From: Orbicella franksi | Taxonomy: Eukaryota | Assembly (NCBI GenBank): GCA_964199315.1 | Contig: OZ116699.1 | Span: 38,936,001-39,000,000, forward strand | DNA: 64,000 nucleotides | Direction of reading: 5' to 3' | In this document: positions 28,001 through 40,384 of the stretch, one piece after another | Position numbering within the stretch: the stretch's first letter is position 1 | How the letters are laid out: every line of letters begins with the position of its first letter | Notes under the pieces: generated by a model | Databases searched by the model: none | Seen by the model: the letters and a program-made list of their open reading frames with translations, nothing else | Told to the model about the DNA's origin: nothing | Position numbers and translations under genes: made by a program

Positions 28001-31000
28001 CCTTGTAAATTGGAGCACTTCTACCTGTTAGAGAAAAATAAATTCGAATCAAATCATTCCTTATCGAGAAGAGATATTACAAAGAGAGGAACAAAGAATG
28101 AAACATTAAAGACATCCTTATTAGTATCGCTCAAAGTTTGGCCATATCCGATTTTGTACATTCTCCCACACCTTCCTCCTATCTTCCTGTTGTGAAGGGC
28201 AAAACAATAATGAGTCACTGCCTCATCTTTGTATTAAATATCACGAAGAAATTTTACAGTCCAAATAGAATAATGTAGAGTGCAAGTGGAAGTTAAACAA
28301 AGTGCTATCAAGGGAAATCTAACTATTCTCTTTCAAATTACTCATTCTCACTTCGTTTTCAAGGCCCCAAATTATTTAATTCTCTTAGCACTGAAATCCA
28401 AAATGCCTCTAGCATTGCTGTTCTCTTAAGTCATCTTTCTTGGTATAGCATAAGTATTTTTTAGCTCTCTTAGTGTGCTTTTTTCGTGCTTTCTTTGCTT
28501 TTGCGCATTCAAGCGTTCAGCTTTGCTTAACTACTTCTTATCCTAAATTATGATTATTTTTTGTGCCGATGACAGAATTTGTATTCTTTCTAAGTCTTAG
28601 GCATCTTTAAGGCAGTCCTTTACATAAGCCTTATTGGCTTCCCTAGGCTTCCTTGCCTTTTTAATTGATGTTATGTAAATATACTTTTAAAGGACAAAAA
28701 AATAAAGCAAACAAAGCAAAAAAATTGCCTGTAAACAAAGCAAAACACCATTACCGAACAACTTGATCTCAAATAACTTGTTTGTTTCCAGAGCTGCTCG
28801 GCAGTGCTGCCGAATGACCTGATAAATTGGATGATACTCCGAGAAGTATTTCTCTACCAAAGTGCAGGGCGCATCCAAGTATAGATGAACTTTGAGTCGC
28901 TTTCTTATTAGGTGTAGAGAATTGAAATCTGCTCTTTGTACGAATGACTTGGCTAGGAACCAGTCCTTCCCGTCTATTGGAGTGTGGACTTTGGAGTCTG
29001 GTGTGGAGTCCATTTGAATAGCGACGGGATTTAGGCGTTTTATTCCAAGCTCTGCTTCGACGACAGCAAAGAAAGCTATCGGCGAAGTCATTTGTAAAAC
29101 AGTGTGGTTGAATTTGACGTCACGTAGTAAAGCCTCTGGCATCTTAACACCGTCAAGTTCAGGATAAATGTTGACATAAATATCGCCATTGTCGATAGCC
29201 TATGAGACAATCAATCAAGCAAGCACGTAAACCATCAGTAATTATATCAGTATATTGATAAATGGATCAATCATTCTCAAAGTATAACTATCATTGGCAA
29301 CTAATCAATCTTACTTTATTGTTTATTCAGTAGACATAATAAAATTGTAGTTGTCCGACGGGCGGTACGTTTCGATGTTGTTGACGTCATTGTCGAAGAA
29401 TTAGCAAACAAAGAACAACTTATGGTTAGATTGATGTAATACTTTTCAGTTGTGCTTAATTCAGCAAAGCAAGCAAACTTAAGACTAAGAAATCACAGCG
29501 CAAGATGACTGAGTTCTGGTTGTGTTCAGTGCATGACTCTCGAGAACGAGGTCGATACATTTGTATCTCATGTACGAGTAATGAAATGTCAATCACTCAC
29601 AGTTCAATTAAACCCCAACAATTAACTGTACAATGTACGACTAGGTTGATATTGATTTGCCTAAGAAATTAGCAAATAAACGGACAAACCTAGAAAGAAG
29701 CAAATAAATAGACAATTGAATCCGATTGTGCTAAATATGATCAGTTTGTATGGTCAAGAAGCCAGGACGGGTGAAAGTGGTGTTTTGTCGAAACAGAACA
29801 GTAACAAGGAACGTAGTTACCAGTAAGGATGACAAGTAGGTTTATTTACCTTACATTATAGAAGTTTAGTTGTTACAAGTGACCGAGCTAGCGCTGTTCA
29901 GCGCTGCCATCAATCACTTGCCTTTTTGTCATTTGTTACTTACAAAACATGGTTAAAACTGTTACCTGCTCAAGAGTTATTCCCTCTTTCTTGGCAAAAG
30001 CCGTTTTAAAAACCTCATCCCAGTCAAAGTGTTTATTCAGTTTGTTTTCAAGAAGAGACTTCCATTCAATACCATTACTCCCTGATGATGAAATCGGTAA
30101 TGGTAGGAACTTTGATAGACCATACAATACACCATTCAAACAGCTTTGGATCTATTCAAGCGGTTTAAATAACTTATACAAGCCAACATATATCTAATCA
30201 AAGTCGCAAAAACATACTCGCATTGACTCAAAGACAGTCCCAGCGGCCAGAAGTCCTCTGACCCCCCCCCCCCCTCCCCTGGCTAGAAGATTGGCCCCTC
30301 TCGCATGCACGTGGCATGGACCACTCCAGCAGGGTGCCATGTCAATGCAGAAGCCTCAAACAAGGTCAAACGACTGAGTAAAATACCCAGAAACACAGTC
30401 AATAGCACACTTATTTAACACTGAAAACACAAAGTCTAGCTGGTTGGGGGTGTTAGTACAAGACACCCTCCCCTCCCCCCTGCTTTTGACAGCTGGCCGC
30501 CAGCAAGTTACCAACAGATAGGCCAGTCATTGGGCCATGTGCCCAGCCTGGCCTTGACGGAGCCCCCCCTGGGTTTAAAGTCGCTGGCTTAGCCTGGATT
30601 CGGGCGAAAACCTAGCGGGCATGTTTTTGCGAATTCGCTCAGATATATTCAGAAGTATTCCACGGTATTTTTTGTCCGTTAATTCGTGGCCATGATGGCC
30701 CCTGATAAATTTTGTCAAAATGCCCGTCGTATGTCCCTGTTTATAGCTGTTACTAAAAGTGTCCTCTGTTGGTTTTTGGTTTCAGTATAGTCGGCTAGAA
30801 ATGGAAACGCCATCATTTCTACTAAAATAGGTACTTATATTCTAGTTTTGACAGTGTCCTTTTTCCATTGTCGGACTCTTAAAATTTTTTCACCATGTTG
30901 ATTTACCTTCTTTATTTGTTACACGCCACAGTTGATATGGATTAACGCCTGCAACCCGCTGATCTGCAAAACAGCGGTCTTTGAAAAAGTTCTCTTCGAT

Positions 31001-34000
31001 GGCTGGCACAAGTCTTAAAGCACTCATGGCACTCCTTTTCTATAACGAAATGTAAAATGAATCATGTTAAAGGTACTGAACGTAAGACTGAACGTAAGAC
31101 TACCTGCATAATACCTCACGCCTCCGCCACATTTTTTAGCGCATTTGGTAAAATACTGCGTTAGTATGGGGCTGTACACGAATTTGTCAGAATTGTCAAA
31201 TGGAACATCACAGTCGATATGAGAGGATGCTTAATAACGATGACAGCTCTGGTTTCAGAGAGGCTTAGAAAAAAGCTATTAAAAATCGGTATATTGTTTG
31301 TAGGACGTTCTTTCCAAAAAAAGACGGCCCCTTGTTATCTTAAATGTTGTTACAATCCTACTGAAAATTCCATCGTTATAGACACTGCAACATCAAATGT
31401 TGAAGATAATGAATTTGTAAATTACCTTAGCAACGTCTGCGAATAATTACTGATTAAATAATGATTAAAAGAAATCGAGTGTATACTGAATTATTATATT
31501 GCTTTAGTTAATGATACCCTGTGTTCTTTGTAGAAAGTCTCAAATACCACGGCAAAATCAATCAATGTTGGCGTTTCATGAAAGCGAGGATCTTTTAGGG
31601 TGAAGTGTGACTCCAGATCTTTGTTAACATCAGCGTTATCTGTCATTTTCATGTACCACTCTATAGTGAAAGGATCTGTGGAAGCACTCTGGACAAAACT
31701 TGCTGCTCCTTTTTTCGACAACGTTGGTACCATCAAGTCTTCTGATCTACTTAAAGAAATCAAAATGAAACATATCCTTTCACGATTGCATGCAGCCCGT
31801 CTAGCTACCTTGGAAAAGTTTTTTAAAAGGCCAGAGAAAATAGCTTTCACCACAACTGAACATTTCATACGTTGTTTTAACATGATGTTTCCACTTGTCA
31901 GCTGACGCATCAAAGTTAGCAGCTTGTTTAGAAACCAATTGCAATGTAATTACTTTACAGTATGAGTAGTTGAAATTTTCACGCTTGTTTAAATAAATAT
32001 CAAGAATCATTCTTTCAGTGGCATGATAAAGACTAGCTTATTTATGTTGGAGCAATTGTGTCAGTGTAATGACTTACTTTGAGTAGCGATTGTCTTTAAA
32101 AGAAGACAAGCGGATAAGTGTTTTCTTTATCTGTCTGCTGAGTTCTCGTTTCACAAGACACTGAGGAGACGAGAAGCGAGGAAGGCTTATCCGACACTTA
32201 AGTTCTGCAAAAATGAAAGGTGAAACAATTCACGGTTTTTGAACCGGAGTGTCAATATTCCTTTTTATTTCGCCTCCAGAAGATGATAAGATATAAATTA
32301 ATACACGATATCATGAAAGAGTTTAATTTAATTAACTACAAGCAGCCCCGGCATTATGAGGTCACTTTAGAAATAATTTTCGAACTTCTCCAAAACAAAA
32401 ATTAAGAACACTAACCCACATGTAGATTACAATGAGTTGGTTCATTGGTTGTTCCCCATTGGTCTCGAGTGTAGGGCAATCATTGAGCAGGACTGAGTAA
32501 ACTCGTTGGGAACGCGAAGGGAATTATGGGAAAGAAGAAGAATAGAGGGAGGCAGAGACTCTTTATTCCTCCACCCCATCACCTATCGTACTCGCACCAG
32601 TACTTCCCTTCCCTACTTCAAAAGACAACTAGGGTCAACACTGTTACATTGTAGCGACCGTAGCATAGACCATAGGTACTTAACATTGAATCTTTGGGGG
32701 TACGAAAGCTGACCAAAAGAGTGTTGAATAATCTTTCAGACAAAAATCCGAAAACGTTTACCATTACTTGTATTAAAGAAAACAAATTGTTTCGGTTCGC
32801 TAAAGGCTTTAAAAGGCCCCCATACGGACCTCTGAGAGATACTAATATTGGAAGATGTCTTGATGACTCCAAATCTAGAGATGATAAGAGTCTTGAACAC
32901 TTTTCATACCCTCCTGCCCAGGTACATTTGGCACACGTTACTTTATCTACCATGCATGGACTGACTTAGAAATACTATGACTGCTACCAGGAACATACAT
33001 ACCATTACATGTTATTCCACCGAAATCATCGGCGCATTGGCATTGATATCCATCAATAAGATTATAGTTTTGTACACAGATTCCCCCATTTTGGCACGGG
33101 TTTGGCTCGCATTTATTTTCTTCTACATTCTTTATCATTGGAACAGTAGACTCGGACGATTCTTTAACGCCGCTACCAGGCACATCTCCACTAACGCCGT
33201 CATATTCTGAGAAAAGCCAAAGGAAAAAAAAGTTTGTGAGGTATCCGTATGCAACATCTTGGTTCATTTTCTTTTAGAGATTGTTCAGAAACATACCTAG
33301 AAGAAGAATATCTTTAGGACCTACTTATGGCTTGCATTCGGCTTGGAGTGATTACAGCTAGTAATTACAGTGTCATAATTAATAGGCCGAATTATTTTGT
33401 TGCATCGATTGATTTGTGACTGCACGGTCCTTACTATGTATGTACGTATGCGTGTATGTATGTGTGTATGAATCTAGTAATTAAAATGGTTATTGTATCC
33501 TTAGATGATTAGATACTTAGCAATCAGGTTCTAGCCTGACTAGTGTGTCAGTACCTATGTACATGTTACTCAGGTATCTCTTTAGCCTTGTCGCCAAGAG
33601 AAAAACTGGAATTGAAATGTAGCTACAAACCCCGTCACCAGTATTGCGTGTCATTCCATTATGATGTAACCAGCTCTCTTATTTTCTACTTAAGATAGTT
33701 TTAATTAAGTGTAGCCTGGTGAAACAGGGCTTTCGGAGGTAAGAGTGACATTTGTCTCGAAGTCTTTCCCAGCCCAAAGCTTTCCGGCTTCTTGGCGCTT
33801 CCTTGCAAGAGAACCACTGCATTGCTATTGCCGGATGTATTTACTATAGCTTGTATTAACGCTAGCTAACAACTTGATCAAGTTTTAAAACGTCCGTTTT
33901 TACCTTTGGAAATATCAGAAATATAAGTTGATATCCTAAGTCGATCAACAGCAGCTGCAGATTTTAAATGCTGTAGATTTTATGAATGTGTTGTATTGTA

Positions 34001-34287
34001 TGTAACTCCGAAGAATTCTGTCATACTTGTCACAAGATACATACTACTTAAAAATCAAGCAAGTTGATCAAACAGTAGTTGCTAGAACGCCGATAATTTC
34101 TGCTCTTCAAATGTTACCCTCAAAACAGTCTGAAAATTGGGAAAAAAACGCTTATAAAGAGCTTTTAAAAGACTTTTAAGTACAATAAGTCTCTAGTCAA
34201 AACGATGCTTTAAAATAAAAACTTACCTGCTTTACTGCTATGACAGAGAACAATTAGAGCCACAAGAACTACGGGTGCCTTCATCAT
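25012..34287 (-). CDS. Gene C: secreted EGF-lipoxygenase fusion (698 aa), probable pseudoenzyme
   Basis: Exons 34287-34227 (signal MMKAPVVLVALIVLCHSSKA), 33206-33003 (EGF), 32204-32078, 31749-31518, 31039-30907, 30081-29966, 29199-28755, 28024-27906, 27380-27274, 26651-26546, 26287-26072, 25242-25012. Total 2097 nt, all GT-AG, no internal stop. LOX motifs: FFKDRCFADQRVAGVNP, WFLAKSFVQRAD, HPIYQVIRQH, KRGVDDTEKLPYYPYRDDG, DNELQ, QHAA, VPNAP, YPYLLPEYVTNSAST. Confidence 0.9.
25700..25868. repeat. Inverted-repeat element in gene C intron
   Basis: aatatattggttcaattgaggccttgag ... ctcaaggcctcaattgaatcaatatatt. Confidence 0.6.
26882..27003. repeat. ~120-bp near-perfect hairpin, possibly Penelope-derived
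   Basis: acgtagtttgacgtttcgatgcgtcaagcatcatta ... taatgatgcttaatgcgtcgaaacgtcaaactacgt. The Penelope origin is inference from the gacgtttcg/cgaaacgtc core. Confidence 0.6.
27405..27662 (-). mobile_element. Diverged SINE (family 1 related) in gene C intron
   Basis: Segments similar to 48261-48551 (gatgctagtccat, gtgagagtaaa, cagggctcgaacccg, ccgctcgatccgga). Confidence 0.7.
30190..30646. mobile_element. ~460-bp MITE, copy 1
   Basis: Ends atatctaatcaaagtcgcaaaaacat ... gcgggcatgtttttgcgaattcgctcagatat. Body is the reverse complement of 42346-42816. Confidence 0.8.
33003..33110 (-). other. EGF-like domain of gene C
   Basis: CEPNPCQNGGICVQNYNLIDGYQCQCADDFGGITC, six cysteines in canonical spacing, in a phase 1-1 exon. 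Confidence 0.93.
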
Positions 34288-34817
34288 GACCGGCAAACCA
34301 CAAGGGCTCTGGAAAAAAAACAGTTACAAAACGAACACAACTTTAACTTAAAGGTTAACACTTCTCATTACAAAATCATTTTATAGAAGTCTATGCCTTG
34401 CAAGTTTAGCTTCTGTCAAATAAAATAATCACTGCTATTCACATAACATCTCATAAAATTACTTCATCACGAATTTGCCACCGATTTTTGAAAATATTTA
34501 CGGCTTTTTGGCCACTTCAGTCGACTGATTATCGAGCAGTGTGATAACGTACCGTAAACACTCCAAAAGGTGGCTAAAATTACGTATTTTCCTGCCGATG
34601 GATGTTCCGACAAGTCGAAGCAGAATTAGTAATCGAGACTGCACTTGATAAACGGAAGTGATCAGTAACTTGTTAATGTTTTATTGGGTCTGTCAACTAT
34701 GCTAAGGTGTTTGATTTTGAACAATAAGGATACCATGAACTTTATGATGCTCTACAGTTAACTCCCAAAACTATGAAAATCAGTAGAATTGTAAACACAG
34801 GAAATATACATCTCGAA

Positions 34818-34975
34818 CAGTGGTAGATCTAGGAAAGGGGTCCAGGGGGCCCGGACCCCCCTTATTTTGGGGCAAAAAGAAGAAGAAATCACAGAAGGAA
34901 GAAAAGCCGGCAGGGCAAACAAAACAACCCCCTCCCCCTCCCCCTCCCTTAGCTCAAGGTCTGGATCCGCCACTG
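34818..34975. mobile_element. MITE upstream of gene C
   Basis: Inverted ends cagtggtagatctag ... ctggatccgccactg with G/C-run interior. Confidence 0.6.
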
Positions 34976-35187
34976 TCAAAGATTTATCGAGTATTACAGA
35001 ATTTGTGTTTGACAGTGTGACGAAATTTGGACGTGACTTTTTTCTTCATACTGTCAGTGTCGGAAAAAGAAAAACAGCGCTAAGAAGTAGTCCTCTTTTA
35101 TTTTCTTAATTTTTAGCTTCCTATTTTTCTGTTGTTTTGTTTTGTTGCTGGTCGAGCGTATTTCTAACAACTCAGAATTATGATGTC

Positions 35188-35449
35188 ATGTTGGTCGCGT
35201 ATGGAAATATATACAAAAAGAGTGAAAAAAGAGTGCGAAAAAAAATGAAAAACTAGAATACAATATAATTGTGAAAAAAGCTAAAAGAATGTAAGTGACA
35301 TGTAAATTACAATGAAAAGAAATATTGTCTAGGCAACTGGTTTGACATTCTTTTTAGCTTTTTTCACACTTATATTGTACTTTAGTTTTAATTTTTTTTC
35401 GCACTCTTTTTGTATATAAGCTTATATATTTCCATCTGCGCAGCAACAT
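35188..35449. repeat. ~260-bp imperfect palindrome
   Basis: Left arm atggaaatatatacaaaaagagtg...gtgaaaaaagctaaaagaatgt mirrors acattcttttagcttttttcac...cactctttttgtatata...tatttccat. Confidence 0.75.
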
Positions 35450-36896
35450 TTCAAGTTATTCGTTAAAGGCTATTGGCTGATGGTCGAAAGCTTATGTTTT
35501 TAAATCTTTTCAACCAGAGAACGTTTTTACTTCTTTTGAAATAGGTGTTATCCTTGTCATAACTCTATTTTTACTAGTATACCATACTATTTAAATATGT
35601 GCCATTTGTCGGTAGAAGGTCCGCATCGCAGAAAACCTTTCCAGAGGTTGTTTTTGTAAAGAAACCTTGAAGTATTGTGTCGCAAAATCTGTTATACGCG
35701 CCGTGCATTCACAGTTGAGTCAATCGGAAGCTAAAGCAAGAATGAATAACCATATTTGACAACCTACCGTGTAAAATAATGCTTTCAGAACTGGACTGTA
35801 TTGAAGTCTGTCCAATTGCCTGACACGTAGCGATTACTTCTTTATTATAGAGTAATAAATATGCAATTAAATAAACTTACTTTACGTTTTTCTGCCACCG
35901 TATAAAAGCTTTTACGTGTTTCTTAAAGCTTTTATCCTTTTAACAGCTTTCAATATTTGTAAACGATTAAACATACTAAGCGGGTTAAATAATATTAAAC
36001 CCGTAAAAATTCAACGTTCGGATATGAGTTAAAATACAAAGAAATTTAATCCTTAGCGAAGTCTGTGATTATTGTGAAACATTGAGTAGCGAAACTACTT
36101 ACCAATAAAGAGATTAGGCAAACACTAACTACAGAGCTGAAAATGTGCATGTACTTCCCACGTTTCACAAAATGTTGGACGCTAAATCACCGTGTTATAT
36201 AGTTTATATCCGTAAATCCTTTACTATTATGTCGCACATCTATAACATGGAAAAATTTCTGATCCCGTCGAGTTTAGCTGTCAGTTCTTTTGGCTAAACA
36301 ATCCCTACAGTTGGCGACAATATTCGAAAATTCTTCTCTTGGCATTGGCCTTTTAGCCAGCAACCGAGAGCAAGAGCAAGAGCAACGAAAATGAAGCAGA
36401 ACAGAGGCGTTGCTAAATTTATTCCAACATGAACGAAAACAGGAATATTGTGACTTTGTTTACATTTTCATTTCTATTAATCCAAAAAGCGAATTTTTCA
36501 TTGACAAATTGAAATATATCAGATGAGGCCTTCTCTCGGATCCAAGATACCGAGTACTTAGGACGAAGTAAGTGAACACTGAAGTTAAGTGGTAATAAAG
36601 GAATATATAAACTAATAATGAAATTACAGAGAGAAATGATCTTCTCTACAATCTAATTCCGTCATTTTGAATGCCTTAACTCGCGCACGCGTAGACTAGT
36701 GTCCTTAGCAAACAGAGACTAGTGCACTTGGCAAAGTGATGAAGGTTGAAAGATGAAACTAAAGAATTATACCAAGAAAGAATAGTTGGGGATCAAAGCC
36801 AAGTAACTGATGTTATCATGCATAAGGCCTGTATCATGCAACATGCATCTTTTGCAAATGACCTTGAACTAATATAAGCAGGTTGTCTGCTGGAAT

Positions 36897-39023
36897 TCAT
36901 CTTATGCATTGCGAATTGAAGTGAAAGTTACTTTTTTCTTTATTTTTGCTTATGGATGACGTAACATCCATGAGCTTAGGAGGCAGTCGAATGGCACTCA
37001 CTCGATTCTGATTAATTTGTTCATTAACTTGAACTAAACAATTTTCTCCTACCTCTCCTACTAAGTATTGTTTTTGTCCAAGAGTGTTCAGTCGTCTCCA
37101 GGAAGGTTTTTTACGAGGGGAGACTAGAAAGGAGTACATTTTTTTTTATCAGGTCCAAAGTCCGCTGCGCAGCTCAGATGGACAGACGCCCCTCAACGAC
37201 AGGGTATCCATACTGAGTCGTTGGCCTAAACACTTCCAGACTCTCTTCAGTGCAAAACGAATTGTCTATGACTCGGCAATTCTCCGAATCTCCCAGCAAC
37301 CAGTAAAAGCGGAACTGGATGAGCCATCCTCTGTTGATGAGACCGTAAAGGCCATCAAGTAACTGAAGAGTGTCAAGGCTGCCGGACTTGACAGAATCCC
37401 ACCAGAGATTAGTAGCTTGTAGGTCAGCATTACACTCCCAACTCCACGAGCTCTTTGCCTGTTGCTGGGATCAGGGTAAACTTCCACAAGACATCCGCGA
37501 CGCAGTCATCATTACATCTCTATAAGAACAAAGGGAAAAGTCGGACTACAGAGGAATCACTCTGCTCTCTATTGCAGGAAAAATCCTAGCAAGGGTTCTT
37601 TTGAACAGAATGGTGTCTTCCATCGCTGTAGCTCTCCCAGAGGGCCAGTGTGGATTTAGAACCAACGGACGCTCTACTGACATAGTGTTTGTCCTCAGAC
37701 AGCTACAAGAAAAGTGCCGAGAGCATAAAAAAGGCCTGTATGTAACGTTTGGCGATCTCACCAAAAGCGTTTGACACGGTGAACAGAAAAGGACTGTGGA
37801 AGATCTTGGAGCGACTCGGCTGTGTCCCCCAAGTTCCTCAGCACAGTCATCCAGCTGCGCGAAGACCAGCATGGTCAAGTCAGGCTCAACACTGACCTCT
37901 TACGCCTTTTACAATCACCAACAGTGTGAAACAGGGTTGCGTCCTGGCACCGACTCTCTTCTCCATCTTCTTCAGCACAATGCTCAAGCAAGCCACTCAA
38001 CACCTTCACGACGAAGACCTCGTCTACATCTGCTACCACCTTGACGGCAGCCTTTTCAAACTCAGGCGACTTCAGGCCCACACGAAGACCATGGAGCAAC
38101 TGATCCGGGACCTCCTCCTCGCCGACGACGCCACACTCGTTGCACACACAGAAAAGCCTTGCAACGCCTAACTTCTTGCTTTGCAGTGTCTGCCGAGCTC
38201 TTTGGTCTCGAAATCACGAAATCACCCTGAAGAATACGGAGGTCCTGCACCTCGGGAAGTGTATGGCCCCCTGCACATCAAAATTGACGAGGACGAGATA
38301 CAGTCGATAAAGAGATCGACAACAGACTGCTGGCCAAGGCAAACAATGCTTTTTGAAGCGTGCAGTGTGTGGAACAACAAGCACCTGAAGAAGGCTACCA
38401 AGATCAGTGTGTACAGAGCCATCGTGCTTTAATGTATGGCTCTGAGTCGTGGGTCACCTATCGTAGCCACCTGCGACTCCTCGAGCGCTTCCATCAGCGC
38501 TGTCTCGGCACCATTCTCAATATCCACTGGAATGACTTCGTCACCAATGTCGAATTCCTCGAACAAGCGGAGCTCTCCAGCATCGAGGCCATGCTGCTGA
38601 AGTCACAGCTACGTTAGGAAGGACATATCTCCAGGATGGAAGACCACCGCCTGCCAAAGATCACTACAGGCCAGCGCGACGGAGGGACTCCAAAGAAGCG
38701 CTTCAAAGACACCTTGAAGAAAACTCTTGGTGCCTGCCACCTTGACCACAGCCAGTGGTCTATCCTTACAGCAGACCGCGACACTTGGCGTCACACCATC
38801 CACCAAGCTGTCTCCTCGTTCGAAGCCACCCGTAAGGCAAACATTGCGGAGAAAAGACGCTGGAGAAAGAACCGCGAAGCTGCAGCACCAAACCTTGATC
38901 CATCTTTCATCTGCAGCCGCTGCAACCGGGCCTGCCGGTCACGCATTAGCCTAACCAGCCTCGAGAGCGCCTGTAGTCGACGTGGACCACCCCCTTCATG
39001 AACTTTGCTCGTGAAGCCAAGCC

Positions 39024-39054
<31 letters not shown>

Positions 39055-39229
39055 CGATATTCACAGAAGTGATGACGTAAGTCCGATGTAAATCGCCCAG
39101 TTTATACGAATCGTAAACTTTCACCTCATTACTGGCGATGTATACTGAACTGCAATGTATTAGCACCTTCTTTTCTACTTCAGTGGAAATCATGTGCGTT
39201 CTACCTAACTGAAGTTTTATTACATTCAT
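36897..39229 (-). pseudogene. Unidentified coding remnant split by the RTE insertion
   Basis: ORF halves at 39229-39060 and 37090-36897 rejoin in frame across the imperfect target duplication (...VITSVN|TLGQKQYLVGEVGENCLVQVNEQINQNRVSAIRLPPK). Confidence 0.45.
37091..39056 (+). mobile_element. 5'-truncated, decayed RTE-clade LINE
   Basis: Reverse transcriptase fragments across frameshifts (KAAGLDRIP, QCGFRTNG, VKQGCVLAPTLF, RDLLLADD, YGSESWVTYRSHLRLLERFHQRCL, C-terminal CSRCNRACRSRISL), (GAT)n 3' tail, flanks gtgttca/atattca. Confidence 0.9.
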
Positions 39230-40384
39230 TCTTCCATTGAATTGTGGTCATATGAATTACTTTTTATTGCATTCTTAGCAGAATCATTCCGTTAAACCGA
39301 TTTTCCCGTTGCCTCTAGTTCGTGCCAGCGGATTTATTCCTGACATCTTCTATTACACAAAAAGTTGAATCCCATTAATTTCTTAATTTTTCAAAAGTTA
39401 CGTAAGGATTGAGAGAAAAAAGGTGTTTACTTTTCTTATTTTGCGAGACGGTTACCGTGATTAAGGCTATGAAGATAGTACTATTTTGGAATAAGTTGTT
39501 TTTTTAATTTGCATTGTTAGCAAGATATTTTTTCACTAAAGGTCATCTTAGATAAACAGTTCTCGTAATGGTGTGCAGCCAAGCGCACCCTTTTGTCATC
39601 AAGGTGGGAAGCATTTATATACTTAAAGGTAATCATCTACAACGACTTTGAGTCATCGCTGAACCGGATAAACTTTTCTCCATTTGAAGTCTCCATGGAA
39701 ACGATATAACAAACGGCTCATGTGACAACCTTGTTCGCGTCGCGATTAGTGTCTTGTTGGTTGACGCTTTCCTTTTTAGACATAATTATACATTTATAAC
39801 CATAAGGAAAACAGATTTGCCTCTCCTCGCATGTCCAGTTTCCAATAATATCAGTGATAATGCATTGTTCACCTTCACTGACCAAGTCTCATTCGCAGAC
39901 TCTTGGCAAACCATTGATTACTCACTGACCCAAGGATCACTTTAATCTTAAAAACTGTAAAAGTAATGGACCCTTTCAGTGACGTATTTCATCAGAATTA
40001 TTTAACTATATCTTATTAGCTCATTTTCGATCTAACAGATCAAAAATATTTTCAAGATCTTAGAAGCCAGGAGACTATTTTATCAATACTATAGCTGTAA
40101 TTATTCGTTCAGTGTATACGGGGCTTGATTCGTTCGAAGAGTTTGAAATACCAGAAAATGTTGACTTTGAATAAAAATGACAGGAATTTAGTGTAATTAT
40201 GTCATGTGTTGTTATTTTCTATGGAGGCTACCTGTAGCAGGTTGTTTTGGCACCCAATTGGGTACTGATAGACCTTGTTGTTTGCCTAAGAGGTTCGCTG
40301 CAGCTAAAACTTTATTTTGACTCGGAAATATGTTTTTTTTAGAGAAAATTTTCTGATAAGATAACAGGACACCAAGATTGAATT

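Noticed and set aside
31600-32010. ORFs 31600-31905 (+) and 31801-32010 (-)
   Set aside because: They overlap gene C exon 4 and its intron in other frames, with no independent support.
32618-32969. Overlapping ORFs in gene C intron 2
   Set aside because: No domain recognised and not needed for the phase-consistent model. Possibly a transposon relic.
25012-34287. Gene C as a dead pseudogene or an allene oxide synthase-LOX fusion
   Set aside because: No stops or frameshifts and all splice sites are canonical. No catalase-like AOS domain precedes the LOX domain.
39140-39175. KKVLIHC as a tyrosine-phosphatase signature
   Set aside because: It lacks the required Cx5R arginine and glycine.
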